DNA from: a virus
Direction: 5' to 3' (one strand)
IMG/VR virus record: IMGVR_UViG_3300048861_000143
Span: 89,078-149,800 of that record
DNA length: 60,723 bases
The stretch's first letter is position 1. Every line of letters begins with the position of its first letter. Shown here piece after piece: positions 47,069 to 55,469 of this stretch. A program made the position numbers and the translations under genes. The notes beneath the pieces were generated by a model. It saw only the letters and a list, made by a program, of their open reading frames with translations. It ran no database searches and was not told where the DNA came from.

Positions 47069-47422
47069 ATGGCAAAGAGCACTGCCGCTGGCACTGGCAC
47101 GCGAGCTCGATCTCCCGATGCAGCGCCGCGCAACGGCAAGAAGTTCCTGGCTACGCTTCAGGAGACTCTGTCGGAATACCCGTCTGCTTCGATGCAGGAC
47201 ATCTGGAAGTGGGCGAGCAAGCAGATGACCGGCTGGGTGGCCGAGCAGAAGCGCGCATCGGCACCCGCAAGGCCGGCCCGCTCTGCATCTCAGACGCGGC
47301 GCACATCGACGCGACGCGCGACGACCACCAACCGCACTCGTTCAGCCAACACTGGGAACAGCAGGTCTCGGTCGAACGGCGCTTCAGAATCGCCGGCTGT
47401 GGCGGCGTCCGCCGACACCTGA
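47069..47422 (+). CDS. hypothetical basic low-complexity protein
   Basis: SD GAGG; Arg/Ser/Thr-rich tail. Confidence 0.5.
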   Translation: MAKSTAAGTGTRARSPDAAPRNGKKFLATLQETLSEYPSASMQDIWKWASKQMTGWVAEQKRASAPARPARSASQTRRTSTRRATTTNRTRSANTGNSRSRSNGASESPAVAASADT

Positions 47423-47474
47423 CTGGGCAACGGCGAGGGGGCGTGATCAGCCCACGCTCTCTCGCCAGGGCCTC

Positions 47475-47777
47475 ATGAGCAGGCCCATCATCTCCCCTCC
47501 CCTCACCGACCGATCTCCGCTCCTGACCTTGAGCGGCTGGGTTCTCATCGTGCATTGCCCGGCATGCGGTCCTAAGGAAAAGCCGGTCGACGCGCTGGTA
47601 GAGCACGTGCGTGGATCCGATCCGCTTGGCTCGATACTGCCCAGACTTCGCTGCGATAGGTGCAGGCAGCCCCCGAGCCGCATAACCGCGCGGTGTGATT
47701 GGATGGCAAAATTCCGCGCAGGCGTCGGACCGACTATCGATCTGTCGGCCCTGATGGCGAAGCCCGAAGCAGCCTGA
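47475..47777 (+). CDS. Zn-ribbon hypothetical protein
   Basis: CPAC...RLRCDRCRQPP. Confidence 0.55.
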   Translation: MSRPIISPPLTDRSPLLTLSGWVLIVHCPACGPKEKPVDALVEHVRGSDPLGSILPRLRCDRCRQPPSRITARCDWMAKFRAGVGPTIDLSALMAKPEAA

Positions 47778-48119
47778 TCGGCTAGCTAGCGGGCTATCCT
47801 GCTAGCATCAAAGGCTTAGAGCGATATGCACCGCTGCCGGCGTGTGTATTGAGAGCCTGTCGCCACATGGCCGTGTGATCTGCCAGCCGCCTCAGCTCCC
47901 ATGCGGCCTTGCACGCAGCAGGGTTTGAGGGCAACAGTCGCTCCATCCCGAGTGCTGGGATTACCGCTCGCCCGCCGGATCGTGGCCCAAATGGCGGGCG
48001 AGCGGGGCTCTCAGATTGGTGGAAAATTTGCCACCGCGCTGATCTTAAAGCTAAGCTGCCGTCGCGCAGCGGGCCCAGCACTCCCGCTCGCTCTTGAGCA
48101 CTCGGGAAGGGCACTCATC

Positions 48120-48785
48120 ATGTGGACGATCGTCCTAGCCGCCAGCAAAGGCGGCGCGGGGAAGACCACGCTCGCAGGTCATCTGGCCGTTGAGGCAGCG
48201 AGGTGCGGGGTCTCGCCGGTACATGTCATCGACGCTGACGAGCAGGGCAGTCTAGCGAGATGGTGGAATACGCGGGCAGATGAACAGCCAGGCTTAGCGT
48301 CTGTCGGGCAGGGTGGCTTGCGGCGAGCTCTCTCGGGGCTTCGGCAGATGGGCTCGAAGCTGGTGATCATCGATACGCCTGGGAGCCACAACCCGGGGCT
48401 GAAAGGGATCGTGGCCGAGGCCTCGCTGGTGATCGCCCCGGTGATCCCGTCGCCGCATGACCTGGCGGCAATCTATCGAACCATCAGCTTGGCCCAGGAC
48501 GCGGGTAAGCCGATCATGTTCGTCCTCAACAACGCATCATCGACCGGCAAGCTGACCAAGCAGGCGGTGGAGCTCCTGCGCCTGGTCACGCCGGGGCGGG
48601 ACGACAAGCCTTGCATCATTGCGTCGCGTCAGGACTTCCGGGCGGCCATGGTCGGAGGCCACACCGTCCAGGAGCTGAACACCAAGGGGGCGCAGAAGGC
48701 GGCCGAAGAGATCCATCAACTATGGACTGAGGTGCACTCGAGGCTGAAGGAGGTCGGCGATGGCGAACAAGCCTCAGCCGCTTAG
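48120..48785 (+). CDS. parA: ParA (type Ib) partition ATPase
   Basis: KGGAGKTT, IDADEQGSL, IIDTPG, PS.HDL. Confidence 0.9.
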   Translation: MWTIVLAASKGGAGKTTLAGHLAVEAARCGVSPVHVIDADEQGSLARWWNTRADEQPGLASVGQGGLRRALSGLRQMGSKLVIIDTPGSHNPGLKGIVAEASLVIAPVIPSPHDLAAIYRTISLAQDAGKPIMFVLNNASSTGKLTKQAVELLRLVTPGRDDKPCIIASRQDFRAAMVGGHTVQELNTKGAQKAAEEIHQLWTEVHSRLKEVGDGEQASAA

Positions 48786-49146
48786 CATGGATCTGATCCT
48801 GGCAGGGAAGGGGGGCGCGGTCGGAGTGGCGCCCGATCAGATCGTGGGCTCTCCAGATCAGAAGGCGGCCCAGGCCAGGGCAGGGGAGGGAGGACCGGGC
48901 CGCCCAGCGCCGGCCGTCCAGCAGTCGGCATCGGAGGATGCGCCCTGGACGCGCACAGCGCCTGAGAGTGGCCGGAAGGTGCCTTTGAACGTCAGGGTCC
49001 CGGAAGACGTGAGGGACGGCTTGGCCCGCTTGGTCTTCGCGACGAAAACAAACAACGAAGTTGTGGTGGCCTGGGCATTGCGGCGAGTTCTACAGGAGTG
49101 GGCCGCTGCGCATGGAGTAGAGGACTGGAGGAACGTGCCAATCTGA
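48760..49146 (+). CDS. ParG-like RHH partition protein
   Basis: Overlaps parA; C-terminal VPLNVRVPEDVRDGL strand-helix-helix. Confidence 0.6.
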   Translation: MANKPQPLSMDLILAGKGGAVGVAPDQIVGSPDQKAAQARAGEGGPGRPAPAVQQSASEDAPWTRTAPESGRKVPLNVRVPEDVRDGLARLVFATKTNNEVVVAWALRRVLQEWAAAHGVEDWRNVPI

Positions 49147-49300
49147 GCGAAATAAAGTGATCGTTTGGGATTAACTACCGAGGCATAGCGGTGGAGGATT
49201 TGGCAAGTGGGTGGTATAATTCTGCCTATAGTCAATCGGCGCGATGTCAGTTCTGTGGCGGTTCACTCGCACGTCGCGCGCAGGTCGAGGAGGCCGAACT

Positions 49301-49639
49301 ATGCCGGACCAGGGCATCGTAGAGGGGGCCGCGCGCAGGGTAGGGGAGGGGGCCTCCGTCCTGATCTTGGACGCGGAGCACACCAGGATCATCCGGAGCG
49401 CCGCCGACGGAGCAAACCTGTCCGTCGGGGACTGGCTCGCCAGAGTGGCAACGTCGCAGCGGGACGGGGTTCAGGTCACGGACATGGCTCGCGACTTGGG
49501 CAACATTGCCTCCGCTGTCCGCCAATTCCACGAGCTGCTCGAGGGGATCGATCCCAGCGAGCGCCTGGATCTCCTGCACACCATGCTGGGCGCGCTGATG
49601 GACCGGATCGAGATGATAGGATCGGCCGTCCACGCCTGA
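49301..49639 (+). CDS. RHH-like hypothetical protein
   Basis: LILDAEHTRIIRSAA...SVGDWL followed by a coiled coil. Confidence 0.4.
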   Translation: MPDQGIVEGAARRVGEGASVLILDAEHTRIIRSAADGANLSVGDWLARVATSQRDGVQVTDMARDLGNIASAVRQFHELLEGIDPSERLDLLHTMLGALMDRIEMIGSAVHA

Positions 49640-49649
49640 GAGCGTCCTC

Positions 49650-49883
49650 GTGGGAGACCTGATCCACACCAAGGGTCAGGCTGATCTGTTCGGGGCCACG
49701 CTCGAGTGCCGGCGCTGCAAAGGGGAGGGGACAGTTTACCGGTCCCGCATTCGGGGCGGCGTCTCCGTACACGGCGGCAAGCGGATCCCGTGTCCTGAAT
49801 GTGGGGGCCGCGGCAAGATCGGGCTTAGTAGAAGGCGGCGACGGGCGAGGGCAGGGGACTCCCGCCGCGGGGTGGAGTCGTGA
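49650..49883 (+). CDS. small DnaJ-type Zn-finger protein
   Basis: CRRCKGEG...CPECGGRG. Confidence 0.6.
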   Translation: MGDLIHTKGQADLFGATLECRRCKGEGTVYRSRIRGGVSVHGGKRIPCPECGGRGKIGLSRRRRRARAGDSRRGVES

Positions 49884-49895
49884 TAGGCCCGAGGA

Positions 49896-50132
49896 ATGCC
49901 CATTCCCGACGACATCTTGACGAAGGCGATCCAGGCCGACCGCGACTACTGCCGTCGGACACGCGCGCCCGGGTGTGAGAACTATGTGCCGGACGAGCCG
50001 CGGATCCGAGCCATCGCCGAAGCCGTGATGCGGGCCCTGCAGCCAGAGCGACGGCCTCAGGCCGAAGCGGCGGTCCCGGCGAAGATCAGCAGGTACATCG
50101 TTTTCGCCAGGCCACCGCGGAAGCGCAGGTAG
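49896..50132 (+). CDS. hypothetical protein
   Basis: SD GAGG. Confidence 0.4.
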   Translation: MPIPDDILTKAIQADRDYCRRTRAPGCENYVPDEPRIRAIAEAVMRALQPERRPQAEAAVPAKISRYIVFARPPRKRR

Positions 50133-50136
50133 GCGT

Positions 50137-50652
50137 TTACTCGTAGCGCCACCCGGCCTGCTGGTTTTTGACCTTCTCGTAGGCGTTCTGGCGGGTGAAC
50201 CCAAAAGCCTCAGCTGCGAGGGCTAAGCTGCCGAACCGGCCCTTAGGCGTGATGACCGGCCGGCTTTTTGGGTGCGCATCGCCGCGCTTTCCGTGGAGCC
50301 AAGCTCGCTCGCCGCGCTGGAGCTTAGCGTCCCATCCTGATCGGATCGCTGAGCGGCGCCTTTCAGGATCGACGTCTGCAGTGTTCTGGTCGTTCGTGGC
50401 GCAGTAAACGTTCTCGGGACTGTACGGGCCGACATCGCCGCGTCGAGCCATCACCAAGCCGTTGCCGCGGCGGCCCCGGCGTTCCCAGCGACCGTCGATC
50501 TGCCACCAGTCCCACCAGGCTTTCAGGTTGAACTGCATCTCGATCCCACGCCGGCGGCAACTGTGGACCTGAGATCGATAGGCTTGGTATGCTTCGTCTG
50601 GAATCCCGTAGGTGAGGGCGTCTTGTTTCGCCATTTCCACCCGGGGGTCCAT
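50137..50652 (-). CDS. HNH-like homing endonuclease with a NUMOD-type C-terminal DNA-binding domain
   Basis: RRRGI...WWDWW...RGR...LVMAR.GDVGPYSPENV...N; HPKSRPVITPKGRFGSL..AAEA; SD GAGGAG. Confidence 0.65.
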   Translation of the reverse strand: MDPRVEMAKQDALTYGIPDEAYQAYRSQVHSCRRRGIEMQFNLKAWWDWWQIDGRWERRGRRGNGLVMARRGDVGPYSPENVYCATNDQNTADVDPERRRSAIRSGWDAKLQRGERAWLHGKRGDAHPKSRPVITPKGRFGSLALAAEAFGFTRQNAYEKVKNQQAGWRYE

Positions 50653-50823
50653 TCTCCTCGAACGCGTGGCACCAGCTTGTCCCAGAAGAAGTCTTCTGTG
50701 AAGTCGCGGCATTCTTCCATTCCATGTGCATGATTGGCACACGGAAGTTAGCACTTTGTTCTCCTGTCGGCATGCGCCTCGCGTGCATATGATGCACACA
50801 GAACGACATGGAGGCCGCTTCCA

Positions 50824-51039
50824 ATGACCTACAAGCCCCGCGTGAATCTGCTGATCTCCGACGAGACCGACGAGAAGCTGACTCAGCTCTCTCAGGAAAC
50901 CGGCGCCACTCGCACGGACATCATGCGCCGGGCTCTGACGCTGATCCTGTTGCTTCATGAGGCAAAGAAGAACGGAGAGTACCTGGGCTTTGTGTCGGAC
51001 CGAAAGAAACTGGACCGAGAGATCGTCGGGTTGGTTTAA
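50824..51039 (+). CDS. CopG/RHH regulator
   Basis: RVNLLISDETDEKLTQLSQETGATRTDIMRRAL. Confidence 0.8.
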   Translation: MTYKPRVNLLISDETDEKLTQLSQETGATRTDIMRRALTLILLLHEAKKNGEYLGFVSDRKKLDREIVGLV

Positions 51040-51048
51040 AGAGGCGCC

Positions 51049-51291
51049 ATGGAGCGAAAACAGATTCTTCTCGAACTCGCCCGATGCTACCGCATCCTGG
51101 CAAAAGGCAAGACCGTCTCCCCGGAAGCCCGCCGCAAGTATCTCCGGTGGGCAGCAGAATCGCAGGCGGAAGCAGAGGCCGCCGACCTTCCCGCAGAGGT
51201 GGAGTGTGAGCCAGTTCACAGGGCTGCGCCACACACCACTCAAAAAGGATCGCAGTATCGCTTCCGTGAGTGGCGAAACAATTACCAATAA
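51049..51291 (+). CDS. hypothetical protein
   Basis: SD GAGG. Confidence 0.4.
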   Translation: MERKQILLELARCYRILAKGKTVSPEARRKYLRWAAESQAEAEAADLPAEVECEPVHRAAPHTTQKGSQYRFREWRNNYQ

Positions 51292-51336
51292 GCCACTATA
51301 GTCCTGTTGAATAACTACACAAACGGGGAAGAACTG

Positions 51337-52257
51337 ATGGCCAACAGGATTTGGAATACTTGGGCTTTTGGTAACCTTGCTGACTCGAAGAACTGGTCCG
51401 GATCCGGCCCGTTGTCCGGACGAGACACTCTGGTCATGCGGCATGGATCCGCTCACCTCGACCAGACGAACTTCGGCTACGTCGCCCCGCTCTATATCGG
51501 AGCTTACATCACCTCCCCTCTCGCCACTCCAGCGACGTTGATGCTGAACTCGAGCAGCGTAACCCTGAATATCGGAGCCTACTCGCCGACTGACGGGAAC
51601 AATGTCTTCGGCCTCCGCCAAGCAGACATCGATGCTAGCGGCAGTAGTAGCGCGGTCATGTTCTCCCAAGGACCGGGGACATCGAGTGCCAACATCAGCA
51701 TCGGCTATCGCTCCACGTTCGCGGCCTACCAGAATTTCGGTGGACAGCAGACCGTCATCCGGGTCGGCGGGGACAGCTCCGCGACATTCGTCAATGTCGG
51801 CGCGGAGCTATTCCGCACGCAGGAGCAGATCAACACCGCCGTTGTGGGGAATGGCTCGTGGAATCTCTGGGACGATGACCACATCCTATTCATGCACGAC
51901 GTCGGCCAAGGACAGTCGGTCAACCTGCACCGCAGTTCCCTGGTCGAGATGAAGGACCCGACGCACTTTCAGGGCTCGATCAATGCCGGCTCCGACTGGA
52001 GCTCGCAACTCTGGATCGAGATGGGCAACCCGATCACGGCGGCCGACTACGTCAGGGACATGACAACCGGGGCTAGCGAGCTCCTGCTCACCGCGGCGAA
52101 CGGCCAGCACGCGCAGATCCGGTTCTCTGATCCCAGCGCGGCCGGCTTTGAGCTCGAGGGAACGCCATGGGGCGCGATGCTGGCGCCTGATGCCGGACGG
52201 GCGGTGGCTCCTGGGGATACCACCCTGATCCGGCATATCGGCGCACCGACGCACTGA
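51337..52257 (+). CDS. beta-strand-rich, surface-protein-like hypothetical protein
   Basis: Gly/Ser/Asn-rich; W...G....NWS start and DP..F.G.I motif; hairpin follows. Confidence 0.55.
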   Translation: MANRIWNTWAFGNLADSKNWSGSGPLSGRDTLVMRHGSAHLDQTNFGYVAPLYIGAYITSPLATPATLMLNSSSVTLNIGAYSPTDGNNVFGLRQADIDASGSSSAVMFSQGPGTSSANISIGYRSTFAAYQNFGGQQTVIRVGGDSSATFVNVGAELFRTQEQINTAVVGNGSWNLWDDDHILFMHDVGQGQSVNLHRSSLVEMKDPTHFQGSINAGSDWSSQLWIEMGNPITAADYVRDMTTGASELLLTAANGQHAQIRFSDPSAAGFELEGTPWGAMLAPDAGRAVAPGDTTLIRHIGAPTH

Positions 52258-52333
52258 CCATATCGGCCGCTTCTCTCCCGGGAAGCGGCCAGTTCATCGA
52301 GTTCAACAAGACCTATTAGCAGGCGAGGTGAGG

Positions 52334-52738
52334 ATGACGTTGTCGATTTTTTTGGGCCGGTCAGCTCGACGGGCTTTGCCGGCCCTGCTTCTTCTGGCAT
52401 CGAACAGCGCCCGAGCAGAATTCGATCACCTGTGGACGGATCTCTATGCGCAGGAGTCGGCTAGGCTAACGCGCCCTGCCACGATGCTGTTTCAGCGTTA
52501 CTCGGCGGACTGCATGACCCTGCCCAACAGGGTTCTGAGAGCGCGCCACGACTGGGAGGAGCTCAAGCCTAAGGGCTACACCCGCAATCAGGCCATGCAG
52601 ACTCTGCTGAGCTACGACAACGATTATCAGTCCTCCTCGATCGCAATGGACATACCGTCATTCGTCAGCGATCGAGATGTCTGGAAGCGCACTATGGAAG
52701 TCTGCATGCACGAAGCCGCTCGGAGGGCGGCGGAGTGA
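52334..52738 (+). CDS. secreted hypothetical protein
   Basis: Signal peptide ending ARA. Confidence 0.5.
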   Translation: MTLSIFLGRSARRALPALLLLASNSARAEFDHLWTDLYAQESARLTRPATMLFQRYSADCMTLPNRVLRARHDWEELKPKGYTRNQAMQTLLSYDNDYQSSSIAMDIPSFVSDRDVWKRTMEVCMHEAARRAAE

Positions 52739-53112
52739 ACGCTCAAGACGACGCGCCGGAAAGCGTCTTGCTGGCGATGGAAGACGATCCCGAGCTGCCG
52801 GACTGTGTCGCCGCAGCATGGGATGTGCACTACGATCCGCCAGCCTGCAGCCCGCCGGACGAGTTTTGCGACGCCCTGTCAGATGCGTCGGAGGTGTCAT
52901 GGCACTGGATCAAGAAGAACGATGGCACTGCTTGGCCAAGAGGCTGGCGCTGCCTCAAGTGGGACGTTGCTGGCGACGCGGAGAACGGCGGCGCTTGGTG
53001 GGTGGACGGCGAGGGTTTCACCAGCGCCGAGGAGATGGCTGAAGCTGGCTGGAGCTATCACAGCCCAGCCTATCCTCCGGGCGTTGATGTTCAGGGGAAA
53101 ATACGAGAGTAG
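52735..53112 (+). CDS. acidic Trp-rich hypothetical protein
   Basis: GTGA overlap with the upstream gene. Confidence 0.5.
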   Translation: MNAQDDAPESVLLAMEDDPELPDCVAAAWDVHYDPPACSPPDEFCDALSDASEVSWHWIKKNDGTAWPRGWRCLKWDVAGDAENGGAWWVDGEGFTSAEEMAEAGWSYHSPAYPPGVDVQGKIRE

Positions 53113-53138
53113 CGCAAGGAATAATCGGGAGATTAGAA

Positions 53139-53651
53139 GTGCCTCAGAGAGCACGCAAGTCGGTTGGACCTCTGGGAGTCGGCGTATTTGCGGCTCTCTT
53201 GCTCAGCGGCTGTAAAAACGATGAACTCGAACATCAAAGTGAGAAGGCGCAGTTCCTTTCCGACCCTTTTGAAATCGGCCGAGCCGTCGGCGCATGCCAG
53301 GCGGTTGGACAGATCGACCAACCTTCGCGCGGACCGGATGGAATTGTGTTCCCGAGTTACGTCGAGAGAGACGGGCCTATAGCGCCGATTATACAAGATC
53401 CTGAGTTTCGGCTTCTGGTGGCCTCATCCCCAAGTGATTACCTGCGCGGCATTGAGGACGGAAAGAAGCGCGGCAATGACGGACCAGACCGTGCCAGCAC
53501 TGAGGCGTGGAAGATATGCACGCTGGGGCACCGCGACATTGCGGAATGGTGGTCGGCCAGGGCTCTCGAAAAGTATCGCAGGGCAGTGGCGGCTAGGGAA
53601 GAGCAAGTCGCGCTATCTCCATTGAAGGCGGAAAATAGAGATGACGACTGA
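53139..53651 (+). CDS. putative lipoprotein
   Basis: Lipobox LLSGC. Confidence 0.5.
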   Translation: MPQRARKSVGPLGVGVFAALLLSGCKNDELEHQSEKAQFLSDPFEIGRAVGACQAVGQIDQPSRGPDGIVFPSYVERDGPIAPIIQDPEFRLLVASSPSDYLRGIEDGKKRGNDGPDRASTEAWKICTLGHRDIAEWWSARALEKYRRAVAAREEQVALSPLKAENRDDD

Positions 53652-53973
53652 CACGAACCGAACCGCAGGGCCGCCGCCGCACATCATCCGCTTCATGGTC
53701 CGGAACAACCGCTGGCTGGCCGAAGTAGCTATAGACCGCCACGCCGACATACAACGTGCAGCTAAATATCTGGCTATCGCTGACAAGTGGGCCGCAATGG
53801 AAACGGATGATGATCCGAAGCCGGTGGCCGAACCAAGCGTTCACCGTCTGGTCACCCTGGCCGGGGACTTTTTCGATCACGGAAGCTACTTGCGTGCAGC
53901 AGCCCTGCTCAGAGAGGCGGCCACGCTGTGCGAGCGTCTGGGAGGCAGGCCAGTTGGAACAATCAATGACTAA
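53641..53973 (+). CDS. hypothetical protein
   Basis: Overlaps the upstream gene. Confidence 0.45.
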   Translation: MTTDTNRTAGPPPHIIRFMVRNNRWLAEVAIDRHADIQRAAKYLAIADKWAAMETDDDPKPVAEPSVHRLVTLAGDFFDHGSYLRAAALLREAATLCERLGGRPVGTIND

Positions 53974-54002
53974 TCCGGACGAGCTGGAAGAAGGAACCGA
54001 CG

Positions 54003-54215
54003 ATGGCCGATCCTGAAACCGCCGCAGATTTCAAAAACGTCACCCTGGAGACTTGCCCCAAGTGCAGGTCACAGGACGGCTACTACGATGGACGAGCGCT
54101 GGATGGACACGGGAAGCCAATCGACGCCTTAGGCCACGTCTACCCCGGATGCATCCGCGAGCGGCGGCACTGCCACTCGTGCGGATACGAGTGGAACATC
54201 CTAGGTAACGGCTGA
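54003..54215 (+). CDS. Zn-ribbon protein
   Basis: CPKC...CHSCGYEW. Confidence 0.55.
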   Translation: MADPETAADFKNVTLETCPKCRSQDGYYDGRALDGHGKPIDALGHVYPGCIRERRHCHSCGYEWNILGNG

Positions 54216-54272
54216 TCCCAGCTCCACGTTGCTCACCGAGAAACACAGAACCGAGGCGGTTCGCCAACGCTG

Positions 54273-54920
54273 ATGCGCAAGACCATCTGGAATGGAGAAT
54301 TGGATCAGGCGATCAGGGATTTCCGCTCTCAGGGCAAGACCTGGGACACGATCGCTGATCTAATCGGCTTCGATGTCGTCCAGGTTAAACGAAGAGCCAG
54401 GGACATCGGGGTCGCTACAGGCCGCCTCAACCACGGCAGGATAACCGGAGAGCAGATCGCGGCAGGTTATCCAATCAAGCCACGCCAAGAAGCTCGCCGC
54501 CGAGCCACGATTAAGGCCGAGCTTCCGTCAAAATACGGGATTAAGTATCGCCTCAGGCTGGGCATGGATCCCGAAGAAGCCAGAACCACACCTAAGTTCA
54601 TGCAGCGCAACGGCAAGCGAGTTCAGCCAGCACCTGAGCTGGACGAGGCAATCCGACAGCTCAGGGATGAGAAGAAAATGTCGTGGCAGGCGATTGCCGA
54701 GAGTGTTGGTGTGGGCCGCGCAACGGTCATCAAGCGCGCGACCGAACTTGGCATACGTGTTGGAGCGAAGAGGGTGGAACATCCTATGTCTAAGGGGGTA
54801 ATCACGCCGGCAGGACGTTTCAGCAGCCTTGGTGAATCAGCGCGGCGCCTAGGCATCACACGCGGAGCGGCCAAATACCGGGCCGACAACGGCACTGACG
54901 GATGGCGTTATGAAGACTGA
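54273..54920 (+). CDS. multi-HTH DNA-binding protein with a NUMOD-type tail
   Basis: Two ELD.AIR..R..K.W..IA...G....V.(K/R)RA..(I/L)G repeats; C-terminal HPMSKGVITPAGRFSSL...GWRYE. Confidence 0.6.
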   Translation: MRKTIWNGELDQAIRDFRSQGKTWDTIADLIGFDVVQVKRRARDIGVATGRLNHGRITGEQIAAGYPIKPRQEARRRATIKAELPSKYGIKYRLRLGMDPEEARTTPKFMQRNGKRVQPAPELDEAIRQLRDEKKMSWQAIAESVGVGRATVIKRATELGIRVGAKRVEHPMSKGVITPAGRFSSLGESARRLGITRGAAKYRADNGTDGWRYED

Positions 54921-54977
54921 CCCAAAGCGAGGGCCGCGTGGCAGCGCTCCAGCCCGAGATCGAGCGGATCCTGTTCG

Positions 54978-55193
54978 ATGACTGACCCCGCCTCCAGCCC
55001 GGCGCTTCTACCTGAGGTAGGAGAAGTCTGGCGCTGGCACGACGGAGCCAAGCTCACAATCACCGAGGTCGATGAGATCCTGATCTGCTGGGATCAGGAA
55101 GAATTGGAAAGCTCGCAGCGCATGGTCGGCCTCGCGTCTCATGGAGCATGGCTGGAGTGGGTCTCGTCGGGGTCGCTGGTGCGACAGCACTGA
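54978..55193 (+). CDS. hypothetical protein
   Basis: PEVGEVWRW motif. Confidence 0.4.
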   Translation: MTDPASSPALLPEVGEVWRWHDGAKLTITEVDEILICWDQEELESSQRMVGLASHGAWLEWVSSGSLVRQH

Positions 55194-55206
55194 TCATCAG
55201 CGTACC

Positions 55207-55428
55207 GAGTCGGTGCATAGTAGGCGGGGAATCGAGTGAGCCCGGGATGCGGGCTGATCCGGAAATGCCCCCAGGCCGAGCGAGGAAAGCAGTGATAGAT
55301 TCGGGGAAACGGGTGAGGCGCCCAACCAGATTTCAACGACTTAGCTGAGTTATCCCGAGGAATCGAGTGAGGGATCTAATACTAGGGAATCACTAATACC
55401 TTCCTAGTAGCTGCGCTCACTGCTTTCC
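55207..55428. repeat. oriV iterons upstream of repA
   Basis: GGAATCGAGTGAG (55228, 55359), GGAAAGCAGTGAT (55284), GGAAACGGGTGAG (55305), and inverted CTCACTGCTTTCC (55416). AT-rich segment at 55375-55410; IHF-like TTTCAACGACTTA. Confidence 0.7.
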
Positions 55429-55469
55429 CCGGAGACATCGCCGGCCCGAACGTGCACATGAAGTAGCTT

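Noticed and set aside
47780-47825. GCTAGC-rich repeats as a parS centromere
   Set aside because: Short and irregular; plausible but not sufficient evidence.
50137-51669. 510-aa minus-strand ORF
   Set aside because: Its N-terminal two thirds is antisense to better-supported plus-strand genes. Only 50137..50652 has an SD and domain motifs.
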